Shown here one piece after another: positions 39,801 through 49,400 of a stretch of 64,000 bases of DNA (position 1 is its first letter; each line of letters begins with the position of its first letter). The translations under genes and the position numbers were made by a program. The DNA comes from Candidatus Alistipes intestinipullorum (GTDB lineage Bacteria > Bacteroidota > Bacteroidia > Bacteroidales > Rikenellaceae), in NCBI GenBank assembly GCA_019113885.1, contig DXGO01000029.1, positions 29,375-93,374 of the forward strand. Reading direction: 5' to 3'. The notes beneath the pieces were generated by a model. The model was not told the DNA's origin and made no database searches. It saw only the letters and a program-made list of their open reading frames with translations.

Positions 39801-40042
39801 GTGGGCCCCGGGAGCACGTAGGGAAAATCGGCGGCCGGGTCGGAGTGTCCGACGAGGAAGAATTTGTCCTCGTAGCCGAAGTCCCGGGCGAGGAAGTCGC
39901 GGAATCCGTCGGGAGCCAGGGCGAATTCCGCCGGCGAGTGGTCGGCTTCTCCGATGCTCCAGATTACCGAGGAGGGGTTCTGTGCGGTCAGTTCGTTGGC
40001 GAACAGACAGGCGGCGATCCCCAAGAGCAGTTTGGTTTTCAT
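36872..40042 (-). CDS. GH92 alpha-mannosidase with N-terminal accessory domains
   Basis: Signal peptide; PFSMVKMSPD, FSHIH, EYSYDDW, YVEGNAWQ (acid), GDEDQGQMSAW (base). Confidence 0.93.
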   Translation of the reverse strand: MKTKLLLGIAACLFANELTAQNPSSVIWSIGEADHSPAEFALAPDGFRDFLARDFGYEDKFFLVGHSDPAADFPYVLPGPTDTWGGTWPTSGWRTHQVTILFGLDRTPEGDCSLEIDLTDYAKKFLPLVKVSVNAQDAKFQLDAPGYDLAKQPKPRQNEPIVDTLSITGHMEQATPKRLSIPLYKNTLREGGNEVVITVLEGSWILFDRIALLGPAGLRTEQPAGAFIRNVSAADYQLGKSQPLLVDVEHLSGTPDLRVELDGREILSQRIEAGRYQLEAPMPAVKRSKTSRYAIFADGKEVARGSVVRTPQPQQTPAGYVDTRIGTAHSRWMIAPGPWMPFSMVKMSPDNQNTGWQAGYQPSFENIGCFSHIHEWTLGGLGIMAANGPLMTRVGDEQKPDEGYRSRIDKRTEEAGIGYYAADLTDYGIKAEVTATTRCGFERFTFPTDRGEGRILIELRPETEYGIQLKGVSVKQVGDRRIEGSCHEFSPGVWSTDADQDYTLHFVIEFDRPIEGLGTWCDDTVTDDAKGLETGACNYAGLFVRFDPARNPVVQVRSGISLVSVENADENLRTELSEPFGWDFNAVRQHQVDTWNDLFARVKISTNDRLEKVRFYNNMYRALCSRNTWSDVNGDWVSTDGKVRRVADPSKDVMLGCDAFWNTFWNLNQLWNLVTPEWSERWVNSQLAMYDANGWLAKGPAGMNYIPVMVGEHEIPLIVSAWQMGIRGFDAHKALEAAVKMQTTPAQKVFKGFAGNRDLVAYMKYGYVPYDKGRFSNTMEYSYDDWTVGQLAKALGDEETYRTFNDRGYWWRNVISDEGYCHMRDSKGEWMKDFDPFRSGANQHYVEGNAWQLTFFVPQDVPALVEKIGHKRFTDRLLWGFNQDEAWRYNAPNDQYWDHPVVQGNQQSMHFAYLFNYAGQPWNTQRWSRSILDRYYGCGIANAYLGDEDQGQMSAWAVMASLGLFQIDGGCAVEPMYEIASPAFEEIVIDLGERYGRGKSFTIKAPNASRRNIYVQRVTLNGKPLTSFRFPASELLRGGEMIVEMGPEPNKEWGLE

Positions 40043-40056
40043 ACGGTCAGTGTTAT

Positions 40057-40068
40057 ATGTTCAGACAA
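40057..40068. promoter_or_regulatory. GntR-type operator upstream of the minus-strand GH92
   Basis: ATGTTCAGACAA, 14 nt before the start codon. Confidence 0.55.
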
Positions 40069-40408
40069 TATGGCGCAAAATAAACAAATTTTTCGGAATA
40101 AATATAATTTTGTGTTAAAATTCTATCTAAAACGGTCTCTTCCTGCGAAGTTTGTGCTCTCTTTTCGACGAGCTCTGACCGATGAATTGCTTCGGTAAGT
40201 CCCAATACAGGGCATGTTCGTCTTCTTCGGGCGACAGGCGCTTTTTCGGCAACGAGATAATTTTGTATGGACAATCTGAACTGGAATGCAACTTTTTTGC
40301 AAATTTTATAATATTGAAAATCAAATAAATGTGTCTAAATATGTTCTTTATTTTAATCTTTTGTGCAATTTTTTCAGCTTTGTATGCTGTATATATGGAA
40401 ATAATTCC

Positions 40409-40437
40409 TACATTTGCGGTGAATAATGTATGGACAT
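40409..40437 (+). promoter_or_regulatory. Promoter and operator of the GH38-GH92-susCD operon
   Basis: TACATTTG at 40409-40416, then ATGTATGGACAT at 40426-40437; a further site TTGTATGGACAA at 40263-40274. Confidence 0.65.
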
Positions 40438-40500
40438 ATTGTTGAACCAACCAACATGCATGTCCGAGTCGAGTGGTTGAACCCTAATCCGAATGAACCA

Positions 40501-43500
40501 GTGAGGCGACTTTTTCTGTGTTTGACGGCCGTAGCGTTTTTCGGAGTGACGGTGTGTCACTCCCAGAGTGTCGATGTCTATCGTCAGATTCCCTCTTCGG
40601 AGGTTCGGGCGACGGCCAGCAGTTCCATATCGAGTTCTCCCGCCTCGCAGGCGGTTGACGGCAGCGGCATGCAGGGAGACCGGCATGTTGCCAACAACCT
40701 CGGCGAGGGGATGTGGGTGTCGGAAATCTCCGACCGACCGGTCCGTTATTCCCCATTGACGCACGAGGGGGCCGTATGGTTCCTGTGCGAGATCGGGGAG
40801 CGGCAAATCCCCCCCCCGACCATCGACCAAATACGGATATGGAATCACAATCAGAATGAACATACCCGCCGCGGGTTCAATAAAGTATATATCGAATATT
40901 CGTCAGACGGACGCACGTGGCATTTGCTGCCTTCGTCCGACGGTGAGTATCATGTGATTCCCGAGTCGGTGGGCCGTAACCCCGAGCCGGCCGATTTTCT
41001 GCTGGAGACCCCCGGTCTCAAGGCGCGTTTCATTTGCTTTACGGCCGTGGCCGGCGGGGAGGGCAACCACTACGACCGGAGCGATTCGGTTATCATGCGC
41101 GAAACGCGCGACATGCACCAGCATCCCGATTATTACGGGCTGGCCGAAATCCGTTTTTACCAGCGCGAGAAGTGCCCGATCCGGTCGCTCGACACGCTCT
41201 CTTCGATCGAGCTTTCGGCCTCGCAGGGTTATTTGAAAAGTCCTGAAGGCCCTTCGCGGGAATTTGCGCTGGCCTTCGACAAACCGCTGTACGCCGGGGC
41301 AGAACTGACGTTCCGTTCTAACGGACGCACGTGGAGCGACCGCATTGCCTCTTCGCCCGTCGGCGTCACGCGCTATGACGGCCGTTTCCCGGCCGGTTAC
41401 ATGGAAGAAGCCTCCAGACTCGAAGTGCGGGTCGAGAGCCGACAGGGGACTCTCGCCCGCACCTTCGATGTCCCCGCCGCCCGGCGTTGGACGGTCTGCT
41501 TCCTCCCCCATTCGCATCAAGATATCGGATATACGCACCGCCAGGCCGACGTTATGCGGCTCCAGTGGCGGAATCTCGAGCGGGCCATCGACCTGGCGGA
41601 GCGGACGAAGGGGTATCCCGACGGAGCCCGCTACCGGTGGAATACCGAGGCGACATGGTCGCTCATGGGCTATCTCGAGACCTATGCGGGGACCGAGCGT
41701 GCCGAGCGTGTGTTGCGTGCCATCCGTGAAGGCGTGATCCATGTCGACGCCACGCTGGGCAGCATCCTGACGGGTATCTGCCGGCAGGAGGAACTGATGC
41801 ACCTGTTCGACGACGCGCACCGCATCGCCGAGATGACCGGTGTCCCTTGTACGACGGCCATGATGAGCGATGTGCCCGGGCAGGTCTGGGGCCTTGCCAC
41901 GGCATTGTCCCAAAACGGCGTGAAGTACTACTCGCCGGGTCCCAACTACGTGCCTTTCTACGGCAAGATCGGCAACGACCGTGCGGCCGCGCTCCATACC
42001 GAGTGGGGAGACCGCCCGTTCTGGTGGGAGTCGCAGTCGGGAACCGACCGGGTATTGGTATGGCAGGCGGGCCGGGGCTATTCGTGGTTCCACGGCTGGC
42101 TGGCTGGACGTCTCTCCGTTTGCGGCGTGGAGCCTATCTGGCGTTACCTGCAGGAGCTGGAGACCGACGAATTTCCCTATAACACCTGTTACCTGCGCTA
42201 TACGGTCCACGGGGACAACGGGCCTCCCGACGAGTTGATGCCCGATGTCATCCGCGCATGGAACGAACGTTACGATTCGCCGCAGTTCCGGATTGCGACG
42301 ACGGGAGAATTTTTCACCGATTTCGAAAAGCGTTATGGAGATGTGTTGCCCACCTACCGGGGCGATATGACGCCCACGTGGGAGGACGGAGCCGCTTCGA
42401 CGGCGCGCGAGACGGCGATGAACCGTGAAAGCGCTTCGCGCCTGGCCCAAAGCGGTACGCTGTGGAGCATGCTCCGCGACGATCCGTTCCCGTCCGACGC
42501 CTTCGATGCCGCCTGGAAGAACGTGCTGCTCTTCTCCGAACATACGTGGGGCGCCTCGGCCAGCGGCCCTGATCCCCATTCGCAGTTTACGCGCGACCTT
42601 TGGGCCGGCAAGAAGATGTACGCCGACAGTGCCGACTGCCAGTCGCGCCGACTCCGTACCGAGGCGCTTCGTCCGCTCTCGGGCGAGGGCGACTGCCTCC
42701 ATGTGCTCAATACGAACCTCTGGCCGCGTACCGATGTCGTAACGCTCGATGCGGCGACCGATCTTACGGGCATGCGGCTGCTCGATGCCGCAGGCCGCGA
42801 AGTGGCCGTACAGCGGCTCCACGATGGTCGTTGGGTGTTTGTCGCCGAAGAGGTCCCCGCCCTGGCATCGGCCGTCTACCGCATCGTTCCGCAAGGAAAG
42901 AAGCGCGCTGCGGCAGCTGCGGCTCCTTCGTCGGTGGTCGCGAAGACGATCCTCGACAACGGCCTCCTGCGGGTCGAGCTCGATCCGGCGGATGGCACGA
43001 TCCGCGTGCTGCGCATGGCCGGAGACCCGTTCAACTACGTCGGCGAGGGAGGCCTGAACGATTACCTCTATACGGGACGCATCGGAACCGATCCGCGCCA
43101 GGGGGCGACGGTACGCAGTATCGAGGTGCTGGACGACGGCCCCGTGGCGGCCACGCTGCGCGTCGTGTCCGATGTTCCGGGCTGCGAGAGCCTGTGGCGG
43201 GACATCACGCTTTACCGCGGTTTGGCGCGTGTGGAGATTCTCAATACCGTGGACAAGACCGACATTCTCGATTTCGAGAACGTGCGCTTCGTCTTCCCGT
43301 TCAACTTCCCGCATCCCGAAGTGACGATGGACCTCGCCATGAGCGAGATGCATCCCGAGCGCGAACAGCTCGCAGGGGTCAACAAGCACTACTATTCGCT
43401 GCTCAACGGCCTCTCGGTAGGGGACCTCGAACACGGGGTCTGCCTCACGAGCCTCGACGCCCCGTTCGTCGAGATGGGTACGCCTTCGGGCGAGGATTAC

Positions 43501-43995
43501 CGGCTCAATCCTCGTTACGGCTATGGATGGTGGCTTTCGGCACAAATCTCCCCCGTCATCTATTCGTGGGTGATGACCAACACCTGGCGGACGAACTACA
43601 AGGCATCGCAGGGTGGCGTGGCGACATTCCGGTACTCCCTGCAGCCGGGCGATCCCTTCGACCTGAAACTCAAGCAGACGGGACTCGACCGGGAGCAGCC
43701 GCTGATCGCCGTGCGCAGCGCACGGACGGAGGCGGTAGGACAGCTCTTCCGGTTGTCCGGCCGGCATCGGATCGCCGTGTCGGGAATCACCCCTTCGGCC
43801 GATGGCCGGGGCTATATCGTCCGCCTGCACAATACCGGCAAAGAGCCCGTGCACACCTCGTTCGTGTGGGGTCGGCTGCGCGGACGCGAGGCGTGGGTCA
43901 GCGATCAATGCGAACGGACCGTTTCGCCGTTGGACCCCTCGTCGTTCTGGATGCAGCCTTACGAATACCGAATAGTAAAAATCGTCACCGAATAA
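40501..43995 (+). CDS. GH38-like alpha-mannosidase with an N-terminal discoidin/CBM-like domain
   Basis: GTG 40501 gives signal peptide MRRLFLCLTAVAFFG; HSHQDIGY (Zn), MMSDVPG (nucleophile region), GDN, WEDG, EHTWG. Confidence 0.85.
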   Translation: MRRLFLCLTAVAFFGVTVCHSQSVDVYRQIPSSEVRATASSSISSSPASQAVDGSGMQGDRHVANNLGEGMWVSEISDRPVRYSPLTHEGAVWFLCEIGERQIPPPTIDQIRIWNHNQNEHTRRGFNKVYIEYSSDGRTWHLLPSSDGEYHVIPESVGRNPEPADFLLETPGLKARFICFTAVAGGEGNHYDRSDSVIMRETRDMHQHPDYYGLAEIRFYQREKCPIRSLDTLSSIELSASQGYLKSPEGPSREFALAFDKPLYAGAELTFRSNGRTWSDRIASSPVGVTRYDGRFPAGYMEEASRLEVRVESRQGTLARTFDVPAARRWTVCFLPHSHQDIGYTHRQADVMRLQWRNLERAIDLAERTKGYPDGARYRWNTEATWSLMGYLETYAGTERAERVLRAIREGVIHVDATLGSILTGICRQEELMHLFDDAHRIAEMTGVPCTTAMMSDVPGQVWGLATALSQNGVKYYSPGPNYVPFYGKIGNDRAAALHTEWGDRPFWWESQSGTDRVLVWQAGRGYSWFHGWLAGRLSVCGVEPIWRYLQELETDEFPYNTCYLRYTVHGDNGPPDELMPDVIRAWNERYDSPQFRIATTGEFFTDFEKRYGDVLPTYRGDMTPTWEDGAASTARETAMNRESASRLAQSGTLWSMLRDDPFPSDAFDAAWKNVLLFSEHTWGASASGPDPHSQFTRDLWAGKKMYADSADCQSRRLRTEALRPLSGEGDCLHVLNTNLWPRTDVVTLDAATDLTGMRLLDAAGREVAVQRLHDGRWVFVAEEVPALASAVYRIVPQGKKRAAAAAAPSSVVAKTILDNGLLRVELDPADGTIRVLRMAGDPFNYVGEGGLNDYLYTGRIGTDPRQGATVRSIEVLDDGPVAATLRVVSDVPGCESLWRDITLYRGLARVEILNTVDKTDILDFENVRFVFPFNFPHPEVTMDLAMSEMHPEREQLAGVNKHYYSLLNGLSVGDLEHGVCLTSLDAPFVEMGTPSGEDYRLNPRYGYGWWLSAQISPVIYSWVMTNTWRTNYKASQGGVATFRYSLQPGDPFDLKLKQTGLDREQPLIAVRSARTEAVGQLFRLSGRHRIAVSGITPSADGRGYIVRLHNTGKEPVHTSFVWGRLRGREAWVSDQCERTVSPLDPSSFWMQPYEYRIVKIVTE

Positions 43996-44010
43996 ACAAC
44001 GAATTCCGAT

Positions 44011-46356
44011 ATGAACAGACCCATCTTTTCGACACTTCTTCTGGCCGTTGCGGGGCTGGTCTCCTGTGCCGCACCCGAGTCGCTGACCGATTACGTCGAT
44101 CCGCGGATCGGAACGGCCCATTCGCGGTGGTTTTTCTTCACCCCGGCGGCCGTGCCGTTCGGCATGGCCAAGCTTGCCCCGACGACCGATGGACACCTGG
44201 GAAACCCCGGGGGTTGGCAGGCCGTAGGATACGACGCCCGCCACACCTCGATCGAGGGCTTTGCCAACTTCCATGAGTTCCAGGTGGGCGGTGTCGTGGT
44301 GGCTCCCACCGTCGGAGCGCTCCAGACGGTTCCGGGAGAGCTGGACAATCCCGAGAGCGGCTACCGCTCGCGTTTCGACAAGCAGGACGAGGTGGCCCGT
44401 CCGGGTTATTACTCCGTATTGCTGAAGGATTACGGGGTCAAGGCCGAATTGACCGCCACCAAGCGGGTCGGTTTCCATCGCTATACCTTCCCGGCTTCGG
44501 AGGAGGCGAATCTGATCTTCAATATCGGCATGCGAATGGGCGAGAGCGGCCCGGTGTGCGATGCCGAGGTGAACTATACCGACGACGGCCGTGTCGAGGG
44601 GTGGGTGACCACCGAACCGGTCTATGTCGACATCTATCAGAAGGGTGCCACGGTAACGATGTACTTCAGCGCTGATCTCGATGCCGAGCCGACGGCCTGG
44701 GGAACCTTCTCCGGTGCCGAGGTCTTTGCCGGCGAGCGTTCCCGGCGGGGTGTCGGGGCAGGTCTTTACCTGCGTTTCGACACGCGTGAGCGCAACGACG
44801 TAGGGGTGAAGATCGGCTTGTCGTACACCTCGGTCGAGAACGCCCGGGCCAACCTCGAGGCCGAGGCTGCCGGACTGGATTTCGACGCGGCGCGGAAGTC
44901 CGCCCACGAGGCGTGGGAGGAGGCTTTGGGCCGTATCCGGGTCGAAGGCGGCCTGGAGCAGGACCGCGTGAAGTTCTATACGGGACTCTTCCATGCCCTG
45001 TTGGGCCGCGGCCTGGCCAGCGACGTCAACGGCGCCTATCCCGCCAACGACGGGTCGGTGGGCCAGATTCCGCTCGGTGCTGACGGACGTCCCCTTCACA
45101 ACCACTACAATACTGACGCCATCTGGGGCGGTTACTGGAATCTCACCCAGCTGTGGAGCCTCGCATGGCCCGAATATTATGCCGACTGGATTTCGAGCCA
45201 GCTGCTTGTCTACAAGGATGCCGGATGGCTCGGTGACGGCATTGCTTGCAGCAAATACGTCTCGGGCGTGGGGACCAACTTTACGGGACTCGCCATCGCG
45301 GCGGCCTACAACGTGGGCATCCGCAATTTCGACGTCGCCCTGGGCTATGAGGCGGCGCTCAAGAACGAGGTCTGCGGCGAGGGACGCCCCGCCGGCGCCG
45401 GCAAACTCGATGTCGGGCAGTTCGTCGCGCGCGGGTATTCGCCCTATTCGACCGAGCTGCACATGCAGACCACGCCCCGCGGTTCGGGATTCTCGGCCTC
45501 GCATACGCTCGAATACTGCTTCAGCTCCTATGCCGTAGCTCAGATGGCCCGGCAGTTGGGCCATGAGGCCGACTACGAGCGCCTTTCGAAACTCTCCGAA
45601 GGATGGCAACTGCTCTTCGATCCCGAAACCAAACTCATGCGTCCGCGCGACGAGCAGGGCGAATTTATCGCCGACTTCGATCCCTATGCTCCATGGATCG
45701 GATTCCAGGAGGGGAATGCCGTGCAGTATACCTATTATGTTCCGCACCATATCGACCGGCTTGTCGAGATGGTCGGACGCGAGGAGTTCAACAATCGCCT
45801 CGACAGCACGTTCCTCATCTCGCAGGAGAACGTCTTCGGCGGCGGCAAGACCATCGACGCCTTCTCGGGACTGCACACCTATTACAACCACGGCAACCAG
45901 CCCAACCTGCACATCTCGGCGCTGTTCAACTTCTCGGGCAAGCCCTGGCTCTCGCAGAAGTGGATGCGCACGATCTGCAACGAATTCTACGGGACGGAAG
46001 GCGTCCACGGTTACGGCTACGGTCAGGACGAGGACCAGGGCCAGTTGGGGGCCTGGTACGTCATGGCCTCGATGGGACTGTTCGATGCCAAGGGACTCAC
46101 GGCTCCCGACCCGACGTTCCAGGTGGGCAGTCCGCTCTTCGACCGCATCACGGTGCAGCTCAATCCCGACTATTACGAAGGGCGCGAGCTGGTGATCGAG
46201 ACCGAAGGCAACACCCCCGAGAACCTCTACATCCAGTCGCTCGAGTGGAACGGCAGGCCGATGCGGAGTATTCAGTTGCCCTTTGCCGACATTGTTCGCG
46301 GCGGCCGTTTGCATGTCGTTCTCGGCGCGGCGCCCGCGACCGACCTGACCGAATGA
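44011..46356 (+). CDS. GH92 alpha-mannosidase (lipoprotein)
   Basis: Lipobox LVSC; YVDPRIGT, PFGMAKLAP, SHTLEY, FQEGN, HGNQP, DEDQGQLGAW. Confidence 0.94.
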   Translation: MNRPIFSTLLLAVAGLVSCAAPESLTDYVDPRIGTAHSRWFFFTPAAVPFGMAKLAPTTDGHLGNPGGWQAVGYDARHTSIEGFANFHEFQVGGVVVAPTVGALQTVPGELDNPESGYRSRFDKQDEVARPGYYSVLLKDYGVKAELTATKRVGFHRYTFPASEEANLIFNIGMRMGESGPVCDAEVNYTDDGRVEGWVTTEPVYVDIYQKGATVTMYFSADLDAEPTAWGTFSGAEVFAGERSRRGVGAGLYLRFDTRERNDVGVKIGLSYTSVENARANLEAEAAGLDFDAARKSAHEAWEEALGRIRVEGGLEQDRVKFYTGLFHALLGRGLASDVNGAYPANDGSVGQIPLGADGRPLHNHYNTDAIWGGYWNLTQLWSLAWPEYYADWISSQLLVYKDAGWLGDGIACSKYVSGVGTNFTGLAIAAAYNVGIRNFDVALGYEAALKNEVCGEGRPAGAGKLDVGQFVARGYSPYSTELHMQTTPRGSGFSASHTLEYCFSSYAVAQMARQLGHEADYERLSKLSEGWQLLFDPETKLMRPRDEQGEFIADFDPYAPWIGFQEGNAVQYTYYVPHHIDRLVEMVGREEFNNRLDSTFLISQENVFGGGKTIDAFSGLHTYYNHGNQPNLHISALFNFSGKPWLSQKWMRTICNEFYGTEGVHGYGYGQDEDQGQLGAWYVMASMGLFDAKGLTAPDPTFQVGSPLFDRITVQLNPDYYEGRELVIETEGNTPENLYIQSLEWNGRPMRSIQLPFADIVRGGRLHVVLGAAPATDLTE

Positions 46357-46499
46357 TCGGCGGCTTTCCGACAAAGAAGATACATGGATTATAAAACGAT
46401 AAGACAAAACAGAAAAAACGACGAATTGCAACAGACAATGAAAAATCATCCGCATCGGCGGATGGCAGACAAACCAACCCTAATTTAAAATCAAACAAC

Positions 46500-49400
46500 A
46501 TGAAATTCTCTACGAACCTGAAAAACCTGTTCAAGGTTTTCCTGTGTGCTGTGCTCGTCTCGACGACGTTTGCACTGAAGGCTCAGGAGCGGACATTCCC
46601 CGTGTCGGGAATTGTCAAGGATACCGCAGGTCAGCCGGTGGTCGGAGCTACGGTTTTCGATTCCAAGACCAAGCGGGGTGCCGCTACGGATACTGAGGGC
46701 CGCTTTACGCTCGATGTCGAGTCCGGCTCGGTACTCAATGTGTCGTTCATCGGTTATGCCGAGCAGCAGATTCCCGTGTCGCGCTCGAAATCGGTGTATG
46801 ATGTTGTTCTCGAATCGGATGCGGTCGGTATCGAGGAACTGGTGGTCGTGGGTTACGGAACCCAGAAGAAGGCGTCGCTGACCGGAGCGGTTTCGGCCAT
46901 TTCCAACGACGATATCATTAAGACCAAGAATGAGAACCTGCAGAACATGCTGACCGGTAAGGTCGCCGGTCTGCGTGTGCGTCAGAACTCCTCGGAGCCT
47001 GGCCAGTTCAACACCTCGATGGATATCCGTGGCTTTGGAGCTCCGCTGGTTGTCATCGACGGGGTGCCGCGTGACAACATGGCCCGTCTCGATCCCGAGG
47101 ACATCGAGCAGATCTCGGTGCTGAAGGATGCCTCGGCCGCCATCTACGGTGTGAAGGGAGGTAACGGTGTCGTACTTATCACGACGAAGAAAGGTACGAA
47201 GGGCCGTGTCAACATCAACTATTCGGGCAATATCTCGTGGCAGCGGCCGTCGAACTTCCCCGACCTGGTGGATGCCGCCGACTGGATGACGCTTTACAAT
47301 GAGAAATACTCGATGCACAACGTGGACTATGTGACGTGGGTTCCCCAATACAGTCAGGAGGATATCAACGCCTACCGCAGCGGTGAGAAGACCTCCTACA
47401 ACTGGAAGGAGGCCGTCTTCCGCAACTCGGCGCCGCAGACGCAGCACACGGTCAGCGCCAGTGGCGGTAACGACCGGATCACCTTCTACACGAGCTTCGG
47501 TTACCAGTATCAGGAGAGCTTCTTCCAAAAGACCCCGATCTCTTACGACAAATATACGCTGCGCAGCAACATCAGCGCGAAGATCGCCAAGAACCTGTCG
47601 CTCGACGTGAACCTTGCGGGACACATCGATGAGAAGAAGATGCCGAACTTCGCCTCCTCGGACATCGTGCGCAGTACGTGGCTCTTCACGCCGCTCGATC
47701 CGTTCTATTACGACGAGGAGCGCAACATGCTTCATACGAAGGATGACAACACGGGTATTGTCAACCCGCTGGCCATGATCGACAAGGACCTCAACGGCAA
47801 CCAGAGCCTGATCAGCCGCTGGTTCCAGTCGAACTTCTCGCTGCGCTGGGACATGCCTTTCGTGCCGGGCCTCTATGCCAAGGGCTTCTTCAGCTATGAC
47901 TACATCATGAACGACAACAAGTTCTACCGCAAGGCGTTCGATACCTATACCTCCACCGGTGCCGCGACGAGCTTCCTGCAGGGTGACCAGGCGGATTACT
48001 ACGTGCAGCGCAACTACTATGGCAAGAACCACCGCCAGTGGTACGTTCAGCTGGGTTACGACCGCACCTTCGGCCGCCACTCCGTATCGGGCATGCTGCT
48101 TTTCGAGGACCAGCACAAGGTGGGCGACAACTTCTACGGCAGCCGTGAGGTGATGCTGCCCAAGGACGAGGTATTCGTCGGTATCGGCGAGACGCAGCAG
48201 TTCAACCAGGATTCCGGCAGCGCCGCACTCTACGATTACGCTTATCAGTCGCTGGCCGGCCGTTTCAACTACGACTTCGGCGGCAAGTACCTTGCCGAAT
48301 TCATTTTCCGTTATGACGCATCGTCGCGCTTCCCGGAGGGTAACCTGCGTTGGGTCTTCTTCCCTTCGGCCTCGATCGGATGGCGTATTTCGGAGGAGAG
48401 TTTCTGGAAGGAGTCCGCACTCGATTTCATCGAGAACCTGAAGCTCCGTGCCTCGTACGGTAAAACGGGTTACGACGGCGATTTGAACTACGAGTTCCTG
48501 ACGGGCTTCACCTATCCTTCGGGCGGTTCGATCCTCGGTGGCGAATATGTCAACGGTTCCGTGCCCAAGGGTATTGCCAATAAGGAGATCACGTGGCAGA
48601 CTATCACGACGTTGGACGTCGGCCTGGACTTCAGCGCCTGGAACGGGAAACTCGGCCTGTCGTTCGACTACTTCAGCCGCAAGCGCGAAGGTCTTTACGC
48701 CACGCGTGTGCTGAGCCTCCCGGGAAGCGTGGGCGCGAGCCTGCCGAAGGAGAACCTCAACAGCGACGTAAACCGAGGCTTCGAGTTGGAGCTGAGCCAT
48801 CGCAACCGGGTTGGCGAGTTCGTCTACGAGGTCAAGGGTAACGTCTCGTTCACACGCCGCAAGACGCTCTACTACGAGCGCTCGCAACTTGGCAACTCCT
48901 ACCTGAACTGGCGTCAGAACAACAACGACCGTTTCAACAACATCTGGTGGGGCTACGGCGAGGCCGGCCGCATTACGAGCTGGGATCAGATCTATTACAA
49001 TCCGGTCTACATCGGCCGAGGCAGCGTGCTGGGCGACTACCTCTATGAGGACTGGAACGGCGACGGCATGATCAGCGATCTCGACGTTCACCCGATCGCC
49101 TACAACGACACGATGCCTATGGTCAACTTCGGTCTGACGATCAACGCCTCGTGGAAGGGCCTCGACCTTTCGATGCTGTGGCAGGGTGCGGGCAACCGTT
49201 ACATCATTGCCCGAGAGTTCCTCTACGAACCGCTCTGGTCACGTACCAACGCCATTGTCGAGCACATGGACCGCTGGCATCCCGCCGATCCGACGGCCAG
49301 CCCGTACGATCCTGCCACGGAGTGGGTTTCCGGCAAGTACGGCTATACGGGATCGAATCCCAACCCCAATTCGGAGCATGCGTTGCAGAATGCGCGCTAC

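Noticed and set aside
40426-40500. ORF-track start of the GH38-like gene at 40426
   Set aside because: That ATG lies inside the operator just after the promoter; GTG 40501 gives a proper signal peptide
40903-46455. 1850-aa minus-strand ORF, and similar long ORFs at 46491-49091, 49624-52413, 24040-26697, 55204-57747 and 6241-8307
   Set aside because: Antisense shadows of well-supported genes; GC-rich codon bias removes stops on the opposite strand, and they carry no recognisable motifs
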